A stretch of 64,000 nucleotides of DNA, from NCBI GenBank assembly GCA_030141605.1, contig JAQGDQ010000189.1, forward strand, positions 248,001-312,000, read 5' to 3'. The position numbers and the translations under genes were made by a program. The notes beneath the pieces were generated by a model, which had not been told where the DNA came from, made no database searches, and saw only the letters and a program-made list of their open reading frames with translations. This DNA comes from Tubiluchus corallicola. Its lineage: Eukaryota > Animalia > Priapulida. This document shows positions 47,901 to 60,060 of this stretch, piece after piece (within the stretch, counting starts at the first letter, position 1; each line of letters starts with the position of its first letter).

Positions 47901-50900
47901 ATGCTCATATGTTGAAATTTTTACCACGTTTCTAGTGGAATTTCAAAAGAATTTAGCTATGTTCATTTCACATAAAGCATGGCTTTTATTTTAAAACTAG
48001 CAACGTTTTGAAGCTTGTCACTTTCTCTGCTGTAATAGTACGACTAATGGAATTTTCCAGAAAAAGTCGAAATACCGTGGCAACAACATGTATAAATATA
48101 CATTACATATTTGAAAAATATGTGCACAATAGAATCACAAATAGTTGAGTGAGACCGAGGGCGTATCTAGACCGGTACTTTTACCCCTATTTTTATGGAT
48201 TACTGCTACACATTCAGCACAAACGGTATGTAGGAAGCTCCTTCACTGATGCGAGGTGTATGTGACCGCGGAAACCGAGCTGTTTAAAGGCGGAGTTTGC
48301 GAAAAATTGAGGTTAAAAATCGATCAATTTCGCTGTGATCATAGGGTCCCTTATATGCGAGGTAATTTACCCGGGTTTTTATTACGCGGGACCTGAAGAT
48401 ATCGTCTCTTATAACCGAAAGGCCCTCATATCCGAGTACCTTATATATGAAGATTTCTACATAGGAAAAACGTTACGAAAAATCGGGACCGGTGTAGGTG
48501 GTCCCTTATATGCGAGTACCCGAGGTGTACGTGGCTTTCTGTGCGGGCGCAGTGGAAGCAACAAATGTGGAAAACAATGATTTGCAAATGCGCACTATTG
48601 TTCTAGAGTCATAGAGTCTGTGTCTGTAGGCAGAGTGGAAACGTAGCCTAAGTCAGTGTGAATATTACAGAAAAAAAGAAATACATGTAGCGGAGGTCAA
48701 AATTCACAGGTGTTTAGTGATCATAATTAAGCAACATGCCACCCAGTCAGTAAATGGATTAGCGACTGACAGGAAAACTGCATCTGAGAATATTTTACCT
48801 GCTTCACTGCTTTGACCACTTGCCTCTTACAAGGGACAATATGTATTCGAAAGTGGCATCTTTGGCAGTTCAGTGTCTCCTCTTAAACAACTGTCCTAAA
48901 AAATTAGCTATGTTATGGTCCTGCCACACTAGCTAGACTCTGATCAACAGCGGCGGTTCGTAGTTAAAATGAGTGGGGGTAAACAAACAAACGTATGAAA
49001 GTTTATACATAAACTTGATAAAATCCTAAACAAAAAATATTGTTTGCTTACTAATAGCCTAAATTGTCGCAGTTTAAGTTTGATCTATTGATGGTAAACA
49101 CGGGACAACTGACAACAAACTGTGTGAGTAACAGTACTTTCTCTACCAGAGCTCAGACGCATACGCACAGCAGCCAAACACCGCATTGCTGGACTGCTCC
49201 GTGCTGGGCTGTGAAGCAAACAGCACTACTCACGTGCTCTGATTCAGTATAAGTATGAAGAATGAAGTAAAGAAAAAAGACTTATTATATTGAATATTAT
49301 CGATAATATTGAGTGAAAATAGGGGGTCCTGAACTTTCACAGTACCTATACACAAGCTGCCATTGCTGGTCAACCAGACCATGCGCCCGCTATCACAGAA
49401 GTGCTGAATCTCTTTTGCAGAGCAACAAGCTGTAAAAAATTAGTCTGCTGCATATAGAGACACTTACCTTGGACCTTTCAAAGACATTCAGCACTTTATG
49501 GCTCTGGAGAAAAAGATTACAAGAGGTCAGAAAAGGGAGTTACAAAAAATCAATAAATTTTGCAAATGCAAGTAGTAACAGTACCACCAGGTGAAGCCAG
49601 GCAGAATGTTTGGAAAAAACATTAACAGGACAAAAAAACCTGGAATCCAAGAACTGACTTTACTGTTTGCTGGAATTATGAAATATCCATACAGTTTTCA
49701 TCTGGTCATTCAGAAATCTTAATCATAGGTTCTCGTTTTTTCAGTGGCTTCAATAGTGGTTTCAGTCGTTACTCCAGTATTTCCTTTCTTCTGAAATATT
49801 CGCACTGACTTATCAGCAATTCTACCAAATATTAGATTACCAAAACTATGTCTGCTGGTGATTTTCTGTAAACTGTCAGAAGAACTGGCGGAGCACATGG
49901 TAGCCTCGCTGCTCGCGTCATCGCTGGTATCCTGAAATCACAAAAGTCGAACTGAATTGAATTTAAACTTCACTGGAATACGGATTCATCACAGTTCCGC
50001 ATAAAGAGCAATTAAACATTTCTTCGCTTGAAATCTCATTGTTCACTAGACACGTCATTGCAGGGATGAGAATGACAAATTGCAAAAAACTCTGAAACAG
50101 GCCGGGGGTTTTGGGGCCACCTAGGCCCCTAATGGGGTTGAGGGGCAAAGTCCCCATGGGGGTTCAAGGGGGCGAAGCAACAAATTTTGTGACCATAGAG
50201 TTCTAAGTGGACTTAAAATATCAGTTACCTTGTTTCATGCATAATTTAAAACACCCAACTATCAAGGATACATCATACCTAATTGTCTCAAAAACGCAAA
50301 AGTATATAAAAACTGTCTGCAATCGACTCAAATAACTCTGCACAATTGATTCTATGTTTTTACACATAGAGATATACACGTGGTTACATTGATGTACGTG
50401 ATGTAAACAAAGTGATGGCCTGCCAACTAGCGGTCAGCTTGTGAAATAATGTACAGGGTCCGTAATTTTCTCAATGAATTTACGCGATTTACAAAAATGG
50501 CACTACTGGTCTTCCAAAAACTCGGAATTCCGCGTAGCCACGGAAAATTCTCATCCCTGCATCATTGTCATTAGCGGCATTAGTACCAGCTGTTTGGTAA
50601 GTCCCAGTTCAGAAGAGACAAACGGATAGACAAGCAATCGTGAGTGACAACAGTCACACTTTACTTACGTGGTGTTCACTCCGGGACCGGAATCGATTCT
50701 GAACTTTGTTCTTCATATCCTTTCTCATCTCTTTGACTCGTCCAACCAAACTGCTGCCACGCCTCAGTTTCTGAAAGAACAAACCAGAAATTTACTGAGA
50801 CACTGTGACGTCACAGTATTACGCCATCGCTGACGAACATTCTGAAATCACAAATATGGACAGTAAATTAAAATCTGATACTGGAGAGAGTAAACATAAA

Positions 50901-53900
50901 AATTATAAAGGAAGCTTTAAGGCAGCAGAATTATAATTACTGGAACTTCACACTGACAGAAAGCAATGAGCCTTTTGACAAACGTAAAGTGACTTACGTT
51001 CGTTAAAAACGTAAAGCGGTCAAAATCAACAAGAAATGGAAGGTCTGAATCTTACAGAAAATCAATAGAACGTTCTGCAATATAACAATTAACGTACTCG
51101 TCAACAAGGGGATAAGTGATTCGCCTTTCACGAAATGTCACTCATGGTTCACTGACTATGACAAGACGGGTCACTCATGGTTCACTGACTATGACAAGAC
51201 GGGTCACTCATGGTTCACTGACTATGACAAGACGGGTCACTCATGGTTCACTGACTATGACAAGACGGGTCACTCATGGTTCACTGACTATGACAAGACG
51301 GGTCACTCATGGTTCACTGACTATGACAAGACGGGTCACTCATGGTTCACTGACTATGACAAGACGGGTCGGTCACTCATGGTTCACTGACTATGACAAG
51401 ACGGGTCACTCATGGTTCACTGACTATGACAAGACGGGTCACTCATGGTTCACTGACTATGACAAGACGGGTCACTCATGGTTCACTGACTATGACAAGA
51501 CGGGTCACTCATGGTTCACTGACTATGACAAGACGGGTCACTCATGGTTCACTGACTATGACAAGACGGGTCACTCATGGTTCACTGACTATGACAAGAC
51601 GGGTCACTCATGGTTCACTGACTATGACAAGACGGGTCACTCATGGTTCACTGGCTGTGACATGAAAGGTCACTCATAGTTTACTGTTTGTGACAAGGTA
51701 GGTCACTCGTGGCTCACTGACTATGACAAGACGGGTCACTCATGGTTCACTGGCTGTGACATGAAAGGTCACTCAGAGTTTAGTGTTTGTGACAAGGTAG
51801 GTCACTCTTGGCCCATTGACAATGACAAGACTGGTCACTCATGGTTCACTGACTGTGACATGAAAGGTCACTCATATCATAGTTTACTGTTTGTGACAAG
51901 CTGGCTCACTCTTGCCTCATTGACTATGACAAGACGGGTTATTCGTGGCTCACTGACTATGACAAGACGGGTCTCTCGTGGTTCCCTGACTATGACAAGA
52001 CGGGTCACTCATGGTTCGCTAACTGTGACAAGAAAGGTCACTCATAGTTCGCTGTTTGTGCCAAGCTGGGTCACTCTTGGCCCACTGACTATGACAAGAC
52101 TGGTCGGACATGGTTCACTGGCTGTGACAAAACGGGTCAGTCTTTTCTCACTGCTTGTGAGTCACGAAAATTTGACCACTTTCCAACTATGGCCTACATT
52201 TGCATTGCTATTTACCCTGAAAACTGTAGAAGGACTGAAAGCCTGTCCTCATCATCTCTTGTATATTGATTAGCTGATAATAATATTTTGCTGAGCGCTG
52301 TTACTTCCCATATATATCAAGCTAACATGTTAACTAGAATGGCTTCCTTGTGCACGCAATATACATCCGTCAATATTAGCACTATATTGAATCACTCAGG
52401 AAGCGAGCAGAACCGTGTAATCAAGGTCAGAATGTATGGACGTATGACGTTTTCAGTGAGACTATTGCGTGCTATATCAGGTATTATGGAGCTAAAGCAC
52501 TTGTTTGGTCTACTCAGAAATTAGATAGGTGACCACCGTGGATAACTTTAATTCGCAGAGTGGGTAAAACATGTGGCATAAAGGGTAGGAAAACCGCTGC
52601 TATTTTTGGTTACTCGGTGTAGCCTGGGTAGAACTTTAGTGTAGAGACTACGGACAGCGGGTAAAACATGTTGCATGCAGGGTAGGAAAACCTCTGCTAT
52701 TTTGGTAACTTGGTGCAGCCTGGGTAGAACTTTAGTGTAGAGACTACGGACAGCGGGTAAAACATGTTGCATAAAGGGTAGGAAAACCGTTGCTATTTTT
52801 GATAACTTGGTGCAGTCTGCGTAGAACTTTAGTGTAGAGACTACAGACAGCGGGTAAAACATGTTGCATAAAGGGTAGGAAAACCGCTGCTATTTTTGAT
52901 AACTTGGTGCAGTCTGCGTAGAACTTTAGTGTAGAGACTACGGACAGCGGGTAAAACATGTTGCATAAAGGGTAGGAAAACCGCTGCTATTTTTGATAAC
53001 TTGGTGCAATCTGCGTAGAACTTTAGTGTAGAGACAACGGACAGTGGGTAAAACATGTTGAATAAAGGGTAGGAAAATCGCTGCTATTTTTGATAACTTG
53101 GTGCAATCTGCGTAGAACTTTAGTGTAGAGACAACGGACAGTGGGTAAAACATGTTGCATAAAGGGTAGGAAAACCGCTGCTATTTTTGATAAATTGGTG
53201 CAGTCTGCGTAAAACTTTAGTGTAAGAGACTACGGACAGTATAACAACAAAAATCCACAATATAAAATTTCCAGTTCAGGAATCGAACCTAGTTCCTCTG
53301 ACTACTGGTCAGACTTATTAATCATTTTACTGTCAAATTACCTGCTGACCAATGTTTGCTTGTAACAATAAAGCCAGTGAAATCAATCATAACAGCAAAC
53401 AGCAAAAGTTTCAAACTTAGCTTCATCTGTCTAGAGTTGACACAGTCATACTACGGTTAGCAATCTTGACCGTTAATTAGAGAGTCCCATCCATTAGTCA
53501 GTGGGTCCCATACAGATAAGATAGTGCTCTTTTGAGACTTGCCATATCGTAAAAGAAGTAGAAGAGCCCATTAAGTCTCAAAAGTTCTGTATTTTTCACA
53601 GAAGTTTTCATCCATCACGGATTTCCATCAGCTTCACAGAGAGATACAATAATAAAAATTAGGGGGCTTGATTTCTGTGGACGCCAAAACGGTTTTGTTG
53701 GGCATCTTTTTTTCAGGAGTTTGATGATATTTTGATGATAAGTCATTTGAAACCAGCATTTGTTTAAAGTATGAAAAATAATCAGAGCATTTGCAGCACA
53801 CAATTCGCTAACTAAGGAAAAATTTAAATTACTATGTCTTGTTAAAATGTTAAATAGAGATAAGCTTTGTGCATTATTGTGCACAACGATCTATCATCAA

Positions 53901-54605
53901 CTACTGAGCGATTGTGCTCGAGTCTTTACAGTTAAAAAATCTCGATAGAATCGAACGTGGCCGACAGAAAAGCGCGGTGTTCACCTGTTCCATAAACTTG
54001 ATGCAGTATTGATTTGCTTCGTTTTTTCAACGGCGAATAAAACACAATTGAAAACATGACTGCCCAGCCAGATCTCAAAATTTCATAAATTTCACCATCT
54101 TTAAAATAAACAATTAATTAATTATTTAACAAACAATTAATTTTAATTTATTAGACTCCAAATAATAAACAATTATAAAAGACAAATGTCCAATGCCAAC
54201 ACACACGAAATTTCACTCGTGATTAATCAGCGTCGTGCTTTTAAAAGGCAACAATTTCGCCTCATAATTAGTTTAACTTCATAACAAAACTGCCGCGCGT
54301 TTAATTAATTCTCTCTCGGAAAAACGTCCACTCGGAAATATTGATTTTAACAACAAAATCGGTCTGATTAAAGCTTTTTCAAAGGCGGCAAGTTTATAAT
54401 GGTCAGCTCCGTAGCCGTTGACGTTAATTAAATCATTGAATCAAGTAGGTTAGGTAGTGAAACAACATATTTTACATTTTTAATCTAACCACCGGTTTAT
54501 GATACGAATGAAACAATATCATTAATAATAATAAACTGTTTTGTTTGTTAATTTCGTCCACAAGCGTTCTTTAACTTAAGTGATAACACAAAAGAGGTGA
54601 GAGAC

Positions 54606-54636
<31 letters not shown>

Positions 54637-54748
54637 AGCAGGGCGAAAGCGAGGGACAGAGGTGAGAGAGAGAGAGAGAGAGAGAGGGGGGAGGGGGAGA
54701 GAAAGCGGGAGAGCGAGAGAAGGGGCGAGAGGGACAGAGGGGGTGAGG

Positions 54749-54827
<79 letters not shown>

Positions 54828-57800
54828 AAAAGGGTGAGAAAGAGAGAGACGGGGAGACAGCCAGAGAGAGATGGAAAGAGGGGGTGAAAGGGTGAGGGAG
54901 AGAAGAGAGAGAGTGAGAAAGAAAGAGGGAGAGAAAGAGAGCGAGAGAGGGAGACACCGAGAGAGAGAGAGAGGAACGGAAAGAAAGAGACGACAAGACA
55001 AAGAGATTCACTAAGTTTGTCATATAGCGTGATTTTGTGTTTATATAACCCTGCTCCTAGGATTGAATATCAATACATCAACGTCAATGTTAGCAAATAC
55101 AGGCAGAAAGCACAATAATGCCACTACTGACAGGTTATTGAGAATATTATCCCTGGTTCAGTCTATTAAAATCTTGTTTCAGTCGGCTTAATTCACTCTA
55201 CAGTAGACGAGGTAATACGCCTCGCAGCAATCTTACTGCCGGAACTCACGGTTGAGAGTTCAGCAGCGCAATGAATGGCCATTAACTGAATGGGTGACAT
55301 CAAGCTGTGAGAGCGTATCCTGTCAGCTGATAGTGTCTTTTATCTGTTACGCAGAGAATGGAATCTCCCAGCGTTTTTTGCTCTGGGAAATTTTGTAAAT
55401 TTGTAATTCCGTCGAACGTATGACAGCCGTAATTAAATAAAAAAGTTCTAAACCGGATCGCCTACAGCAAGGAATTCATTTAGCGGTAACTTCTGCTTAT
55501 ACGAGCCATTATGAAACATTTACACTGGATGTTCTAGAAATAAAAATAATGGTGCCACTGTTTCCTAACAAAGCTCTTATTTTTTACTTTCTCTTGTATT
55601 TTAAACAAACTTCTAACCAGATTAGTGGCAAAATAACGTGCCCTAAGCACTATATAGGCTATAATAACACATTCTTTGCATTTTACAACTGATAATTATG
55701 AGAATACTACAGATTTATATGTGGTTATTTCGTAAAATCACTTATAGTTTATGATTATATTAAGAATTCTATAGTGTAATAATAAATTTTTGCAAACAAT
55801 TTCTGGTATACGATGCATATGAGGTACACAGTGTAAAAGTTCTGATAGTGCTTTTAAAAAGGAAGACTGCAAAAGCGTTTTTGATAATTAAATAATAGAT
55901 TAAAATGTTAATTGATGTCGGACGAGCCCAACTATTCATGACGTCACAAACGAACATAAATTTCAACAATAAAAACATTGCATGAACGTGTTTCACGTGT
56001 TTGCGAAAGCGAAAATTGAAGCACGGTGCTACTGTAAGATATTCAGTGTGTTGTAATAAAACTAGGCAAGTTTTAAGATGAAAATTCAAATTTCAAATTT
56101 GCCGCTGTGATCATGTATGAGCTGTCAAACGTAAATAGTTCGTCATAAACTAACACATCTGAACTGATAGGTACAGCACCTGTTTTGGTGAAACGCGTTT
56201 TTGATAACAGTGAAGAACTAGTGGCGCGAACGTGAAATTGTATTTGTGTGGTAATAATTCTTTCACGTAAGTCATTTTTGAAGAAATAGTACGTTTCCTT
56301 TCAATATTTTAAAGAGTAGATTATTTTGATCTACAGTTTAAGATTGGATCCGGTTTGCTTTAAGAAAATTCTCTTTGCTGATTTTATACAGAGGCGTTCG
56401 ATTTTTTTATGCTAAGATGGTACAATGTACTTCCTTCTTATGTACCATATAGTTATGCGTTTATGCTAAGATGGTACAATGTACTTCCTTCTTATGTACT
56501 ATATAGTTATGCGTTTAAGCTAAGATGGTACAATGTACTTCCTTCTTATGTACTATACAGTTATGCGTTCATAGTTACATATAATTATGTACCATAAAGC
56601 ACTTGTTAAGGCGTGTTTAACTATTAAAATTAGTAGTAGAGCTAGTATGAACTAATATCCAATAATGGAAAATTATATTATGGTTGCACACACACAAAAA
56701 GTACCTAATAATTCATAGAGTTGTTTTAAAGCACTAAAACTCAGCTGTCCTACCGTTGGAAAACATATAGATGTAGGCGGATTGCGTGTTTTACTTCTAA
56801 ACAGCAGCTATTACATGAAATGTAGCTCAAAGGTAGACCTAAAGTGGGTAACTTGATCTAAATGGTCACAGCCTTGTCATTTACCATTTTAGAATAATCT
56901 GCATTAACGTTGTTTAAATGAAGTTCAGACATCAAGTAGTTGATGGAGTAACAAATTTGTTTACTGATACACGAATAGTAAGTTATTTATTTGTAAAAAA
57001 CGGTAAAAAAAACCTGATGCAGCTAGTAAGTATTGAACGTCTTAACTTACTTCCAAATGAAGGATAAGATTACCAATTCCAACTCCAGTCTTAGAAATCT
57101 CTCCGGAGATATTGTCATGCACAGAATTATTAAACAATGACCAGTCTTTCTCTACAGTTTCACTGGCATTGTTGCTGCCGATTGATGTCTCATTGTTGCC
57201 AATCTCATTGTTCTGCATCACAATTGTGTTGCTGTCGTTTTCATGCACAATATTCTTGGGTAACAAGACATGATTTTCGAGAAAAGGATCAACACTTCCG
57301 TTACTGACAATGTCATTGCTATCAACTTTCGTGCTTGGTTCTTCACAGTCACCAGTTTCAGTATGTGTTGTTACCTTTAGAATTCCATTCAGATGACTAC
57401 TACTGTCACTTACTTTACCAGATGTCACGAAACTCCTGAAGGTTTCCGAACCGCTAATTTTCATGACATCGTTCCGCAAAATATTACCCACTTTCTTAGA
57501 GAGCATGTTGGCTTTTTTGTTAGCCTTTTCCCACAGAACTCTGCCATCGATGTCATATTTTGAGTTTTTCATCTTAATACTGCCATTGGTATCCTCGTGT
57601 TCATTTGCTGCATTGCCATTAGTTTGCTTCAGACCTTCTGATGTTGGACTGGATTTACAATGGAACTCAAGCGATGCATCGGTATACTCATGTTCATTTG
57701 CTCCATTGCCATTACTTTGCTTCAGACCTTCTGATGGTGGACTGGATTTACAATGGAACTCAAGCGATGCATCGGTATACTCATGTTCATTTGCTCCATT

Positions 57801-58601
57801 GCCATTACTTTGCTTCAGACCTTCTGATGGTGGACTGGATTTACAATGGAAGGTATCCTCATGTTCATTTGCTCCATTGCCATTACTTTGCTTCAGACCT
57901 TCTGATGTTGGACTGGATTTACAATGGAAGTCAAGCGATGCATCAATGGGGTTTTCGGCACGATGCTTCTCACAGATACTAGATATTTGTTGTTCGGTGT
58001 TCTTTTGCAAAACAGTAGGACATAACATTCCCTTTCGCTTTGCACATCTTGCAAGTTTAAGCGTATCGTGAATGTCTACACTTGATTTAATGTCATATAC
58101 ATCAAAGCTTACATCAGCATCGAGTGTTTCATTGCATCTGCTCACATCACCGTCTTGATTTGCAATTTTACTGCGCGTTATTTTATCTGCAGAAAATTTG
58201 CTCCATCGAAATTTTGCCATTGGAAAGACAGACATGAGAGACGACTTTGGGCTTTGGTTACATACACCAACTGCTGCATGTGTGTCTGTAACTTTGGCGG
58301 CTGTGGGTGTGAGGAGTTCAGCAACACCTACAGGTAGATCATGTTCATTCTGGTTATCATCAAGTTCGTCAGCATTATCGTTAGAATTAGCAACTGTCTC
58401 ACAGGCATCATCGATTCCAACAGCATCTTTGTCATTCTTAACAATGGTTACCTGTTCGAATCCCCCACGATCTGAATCTGTCTGCTTCAGGGAATCCTTT
58501 ATCACCTCAGATGAGAAGCTTTCCTCTGCTTTAAGGTGTACACTAGACTCGTTGGTCGAGTAAGAATGGCCCAATGAGAAAAACTGCTTCAGTTTTGCCA
58601 T
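35903..58601 (-). CDS. SASH1: SASH1/SLy-family scaffold (SH3 + two SAM domains), ~1342 aa, 11 exons
   Basis: Exons 58601-57051, 50770-50669, 49931-49841, 46119-45995, 44714-44499, 43426-43279, 42037-40794, 39141-38992, 37508-37377, 36567-36454 and 36058-35903 are all phase-consistent. SH3: [34 protein letters not shown]…GTWKG…VGTFKFI. SAM1: MLKRIGLE…FMLNGY…[12 protein letters not shown]. Also [28 protein letters not shown], and SAM2 [10 protein letters not shown]. The first exon assignment is less certain. Confidence 0.88.
37066..37203 (+). mobile_element. Internally deleted ~140-bp copy of the AAGGTTAAGTGTACCA MITE
   Basis: Terminal inverted repeats agcctttcaca…tgtgaaaaggct flanked by TA. 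Confidence 0.7.
39257..39740. repeat. Tandem triplication (~145-170 bp unit) of a dispersed element
   Basis: tttccaagcagtggcagctcatgta recurs three times. An inverted relative lies at ~49100-49370. Confidence 0.85.
42115..42360. repeat. Degenerate (CCCTAA)-like low-complexity tract
   Basis: taaccctaaatctagccctaaccctaacccaa repeats. Confidence 0.8.
42403..43283. repeat. ~49-bp minisatellite (~18 copies) beginning at the SASH1 exon 6 splice donor
   Basis: Unit gactcacactgcagcacaaagcaaaaaaatctccatgctcactgtcaa. The last unit overlaps the exon boundary at 43279. Confidence 0.95.
46305..47403. repeat. Near-perfect 550-bp direct tandem duplication
   Basis: tacgacacatcataaatacg at 46305 and 46855, and identical 74-aa ORFs reported 550 bp apart. 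Confidence 0.95.
47070..47745 (+). mobile_element. Non-LTR retrotransposon 3' remnant
   Basis: [15 protein letters not shown]…[15 protein letters not shown] resembles a LINE C-terminal Cys/His zinc motif, with stops. Confidence 0.6.
50061..50559. mobile_element. hAT-type MITE with nested fragment
   Basis: TIR cagggatgagaat…attctcatccctg with TSD cgtcattg/catcattg. Interior 50275-50460 resembles 37730-37990. Confidence 0.7.
51136..52140. repeat. 33-bp minisatellite (~30 units; ~15 near-identical then divergent)
   Basis: Unit gtcactcatggttcactgactatgacaagacgg, contiguous with no spacers. Confidence 0.95.
52555..53240. repeat. 97-bp tandem repeat (~7 copies)
   Basis: gggtaaaacatgttgcataaagggtaggaaaaccgctgctatttttgataacttggtgc… and ORF-track duplicates spaced 97 bp apart. 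Confidence 0.95.
56407..56570. repeat. 55-bp tandem repeat (3 copies)
   Basis: gctaagatggtacaatgtacttccttcttatgtac… three times. Confidence 0.9.
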
Positions 58602-59849
58602 AAACGTTTCACAGACATCAGCGTTTACACACAAATACGAAACATTCGCAACTAGTAGGCATCAAGGGACATTCTTAAGCACGGTTCACATTTAGCAGTC
58701 GCTTGTATGCGTACTGATTGTCAAAACGCACACCAAGTATGCGTGTAGCATACAGTAGTAAACTGGGGACGATCGTTTACACGCAATATACACTTACTCA
58801 CGCTCGTAATGAGAGAACATTACAGTCATTGGTCTACAGCGTTATAGTATAATGTCTTTACACACCAGTGGACTCATCTCAGCAGCGCATCGTCATTAAG
58901 TGAATAACACGAGCGCTTTGATGTGTTAGAGTACGCATGATAGCAATCGTTTGTAACGCGTTCTGCAAGTTTCACTTCGGTTCACCTGCATGATGATGTC
59001 ATCAAGCAAAGAATTTATTATCTGTCTGCATGACGAAACGGACGCTCAAACACATCACCAACCGGATATTCAAATAAACACTAACTTTTTTATAATTCAT
59101 TTCTTTTCTCTATCTCTGTCTATTATTTTATCTTAACTACTCCCCGTTTTTCTATAATTCTCTTTCTTGTAAATTAAGTCGTTTTTTTACACTTTTCATG
59201 GTGGTCTTACGAGCTTTGCTTCTTGACCACCATGCAGCATCTATTTCTTGTTGACAAACTATTATGTAGTTTAGTAACTATGCTAGTACAATTCTGTTAA
59301 ATTTTTGTAATTATATTTGGAATTTTTTCCCTAACTATATCATGCTATAGTATACTAATGTAGTTCTGTTACAATTATTGTAACTATATTTCATTTTCTA
59401 GTTAGAGGGCATAATAGTTAAAGATAATAATGCAAATTGTAATGTAAAAATACATGTTGAAGTGATAATAAATTACAATTAAAATTACAAAAACACCAAG
59501 AGAATGTCTGTTTGCCAAAAATGCATGTCGTCTTCGATCTCAATTCTTTGAATTCAATTGTCATAAAACAAGAACCAAAAATTTGATGAAATTCAACGTT
59601 TTCAAACCCTTAAAAAAATTTAAATAAACGTCGTCTAAAAATGAAACGATGTCGTTTATTTCCGGTTTGACTTGTCGATGTTACGATAACGTACAGGTAT
59701 GAATGAATACGAAAAAATGTAGAATATTCAGCGCTGTACATCATAGTAACAATAATATAATCTGTACTGTACTACCGAAGAATATGGTACTGTACTATGG
59801 TAATTTTAATGGATGTATATACATATGTATAAAACCTACAACAACTTAT

Positions 59850-60060
59850 TTGCAACTTTTTTTGAAAATCCAGTCAAGATAAATATAAAAAGATACAATA
59901 CCAGACATAATGAGTATATACCAAGACGTTTTTGAACAAATATGGCGAAACATTTCATTAGCTATATGGGACTAGTCCTATGGAATAGACTAAGCCGCAA
60001 TTCAAAATGTAGTCACTCCCTTTCAACTTTAAAAAAACCGTCAGAAAAGAAATATTGAGA
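59850..60060 (+). mobile_element. CR1/L2-type LINE 3' remnant
   Basis: TNMAKHFISYMGLVLWNRL resembles the conserved terminal 'G-x-x-LWN' RT tail. Degraded. Confidence 0.4.

Noticed and set aside
51136-52140. 33-bp repeat as a CRISPR array
   Set aside because: Units are contiguous with no unique spacers, the context is a eukaryotic intron, and there are no cas genes.
54571-55023. Ser/Leu- or Arg/Glu-rich ORFs (also 14596, 19240, 19714, 22357)
   Set aside because: Translations of AG/CT microsatellites.
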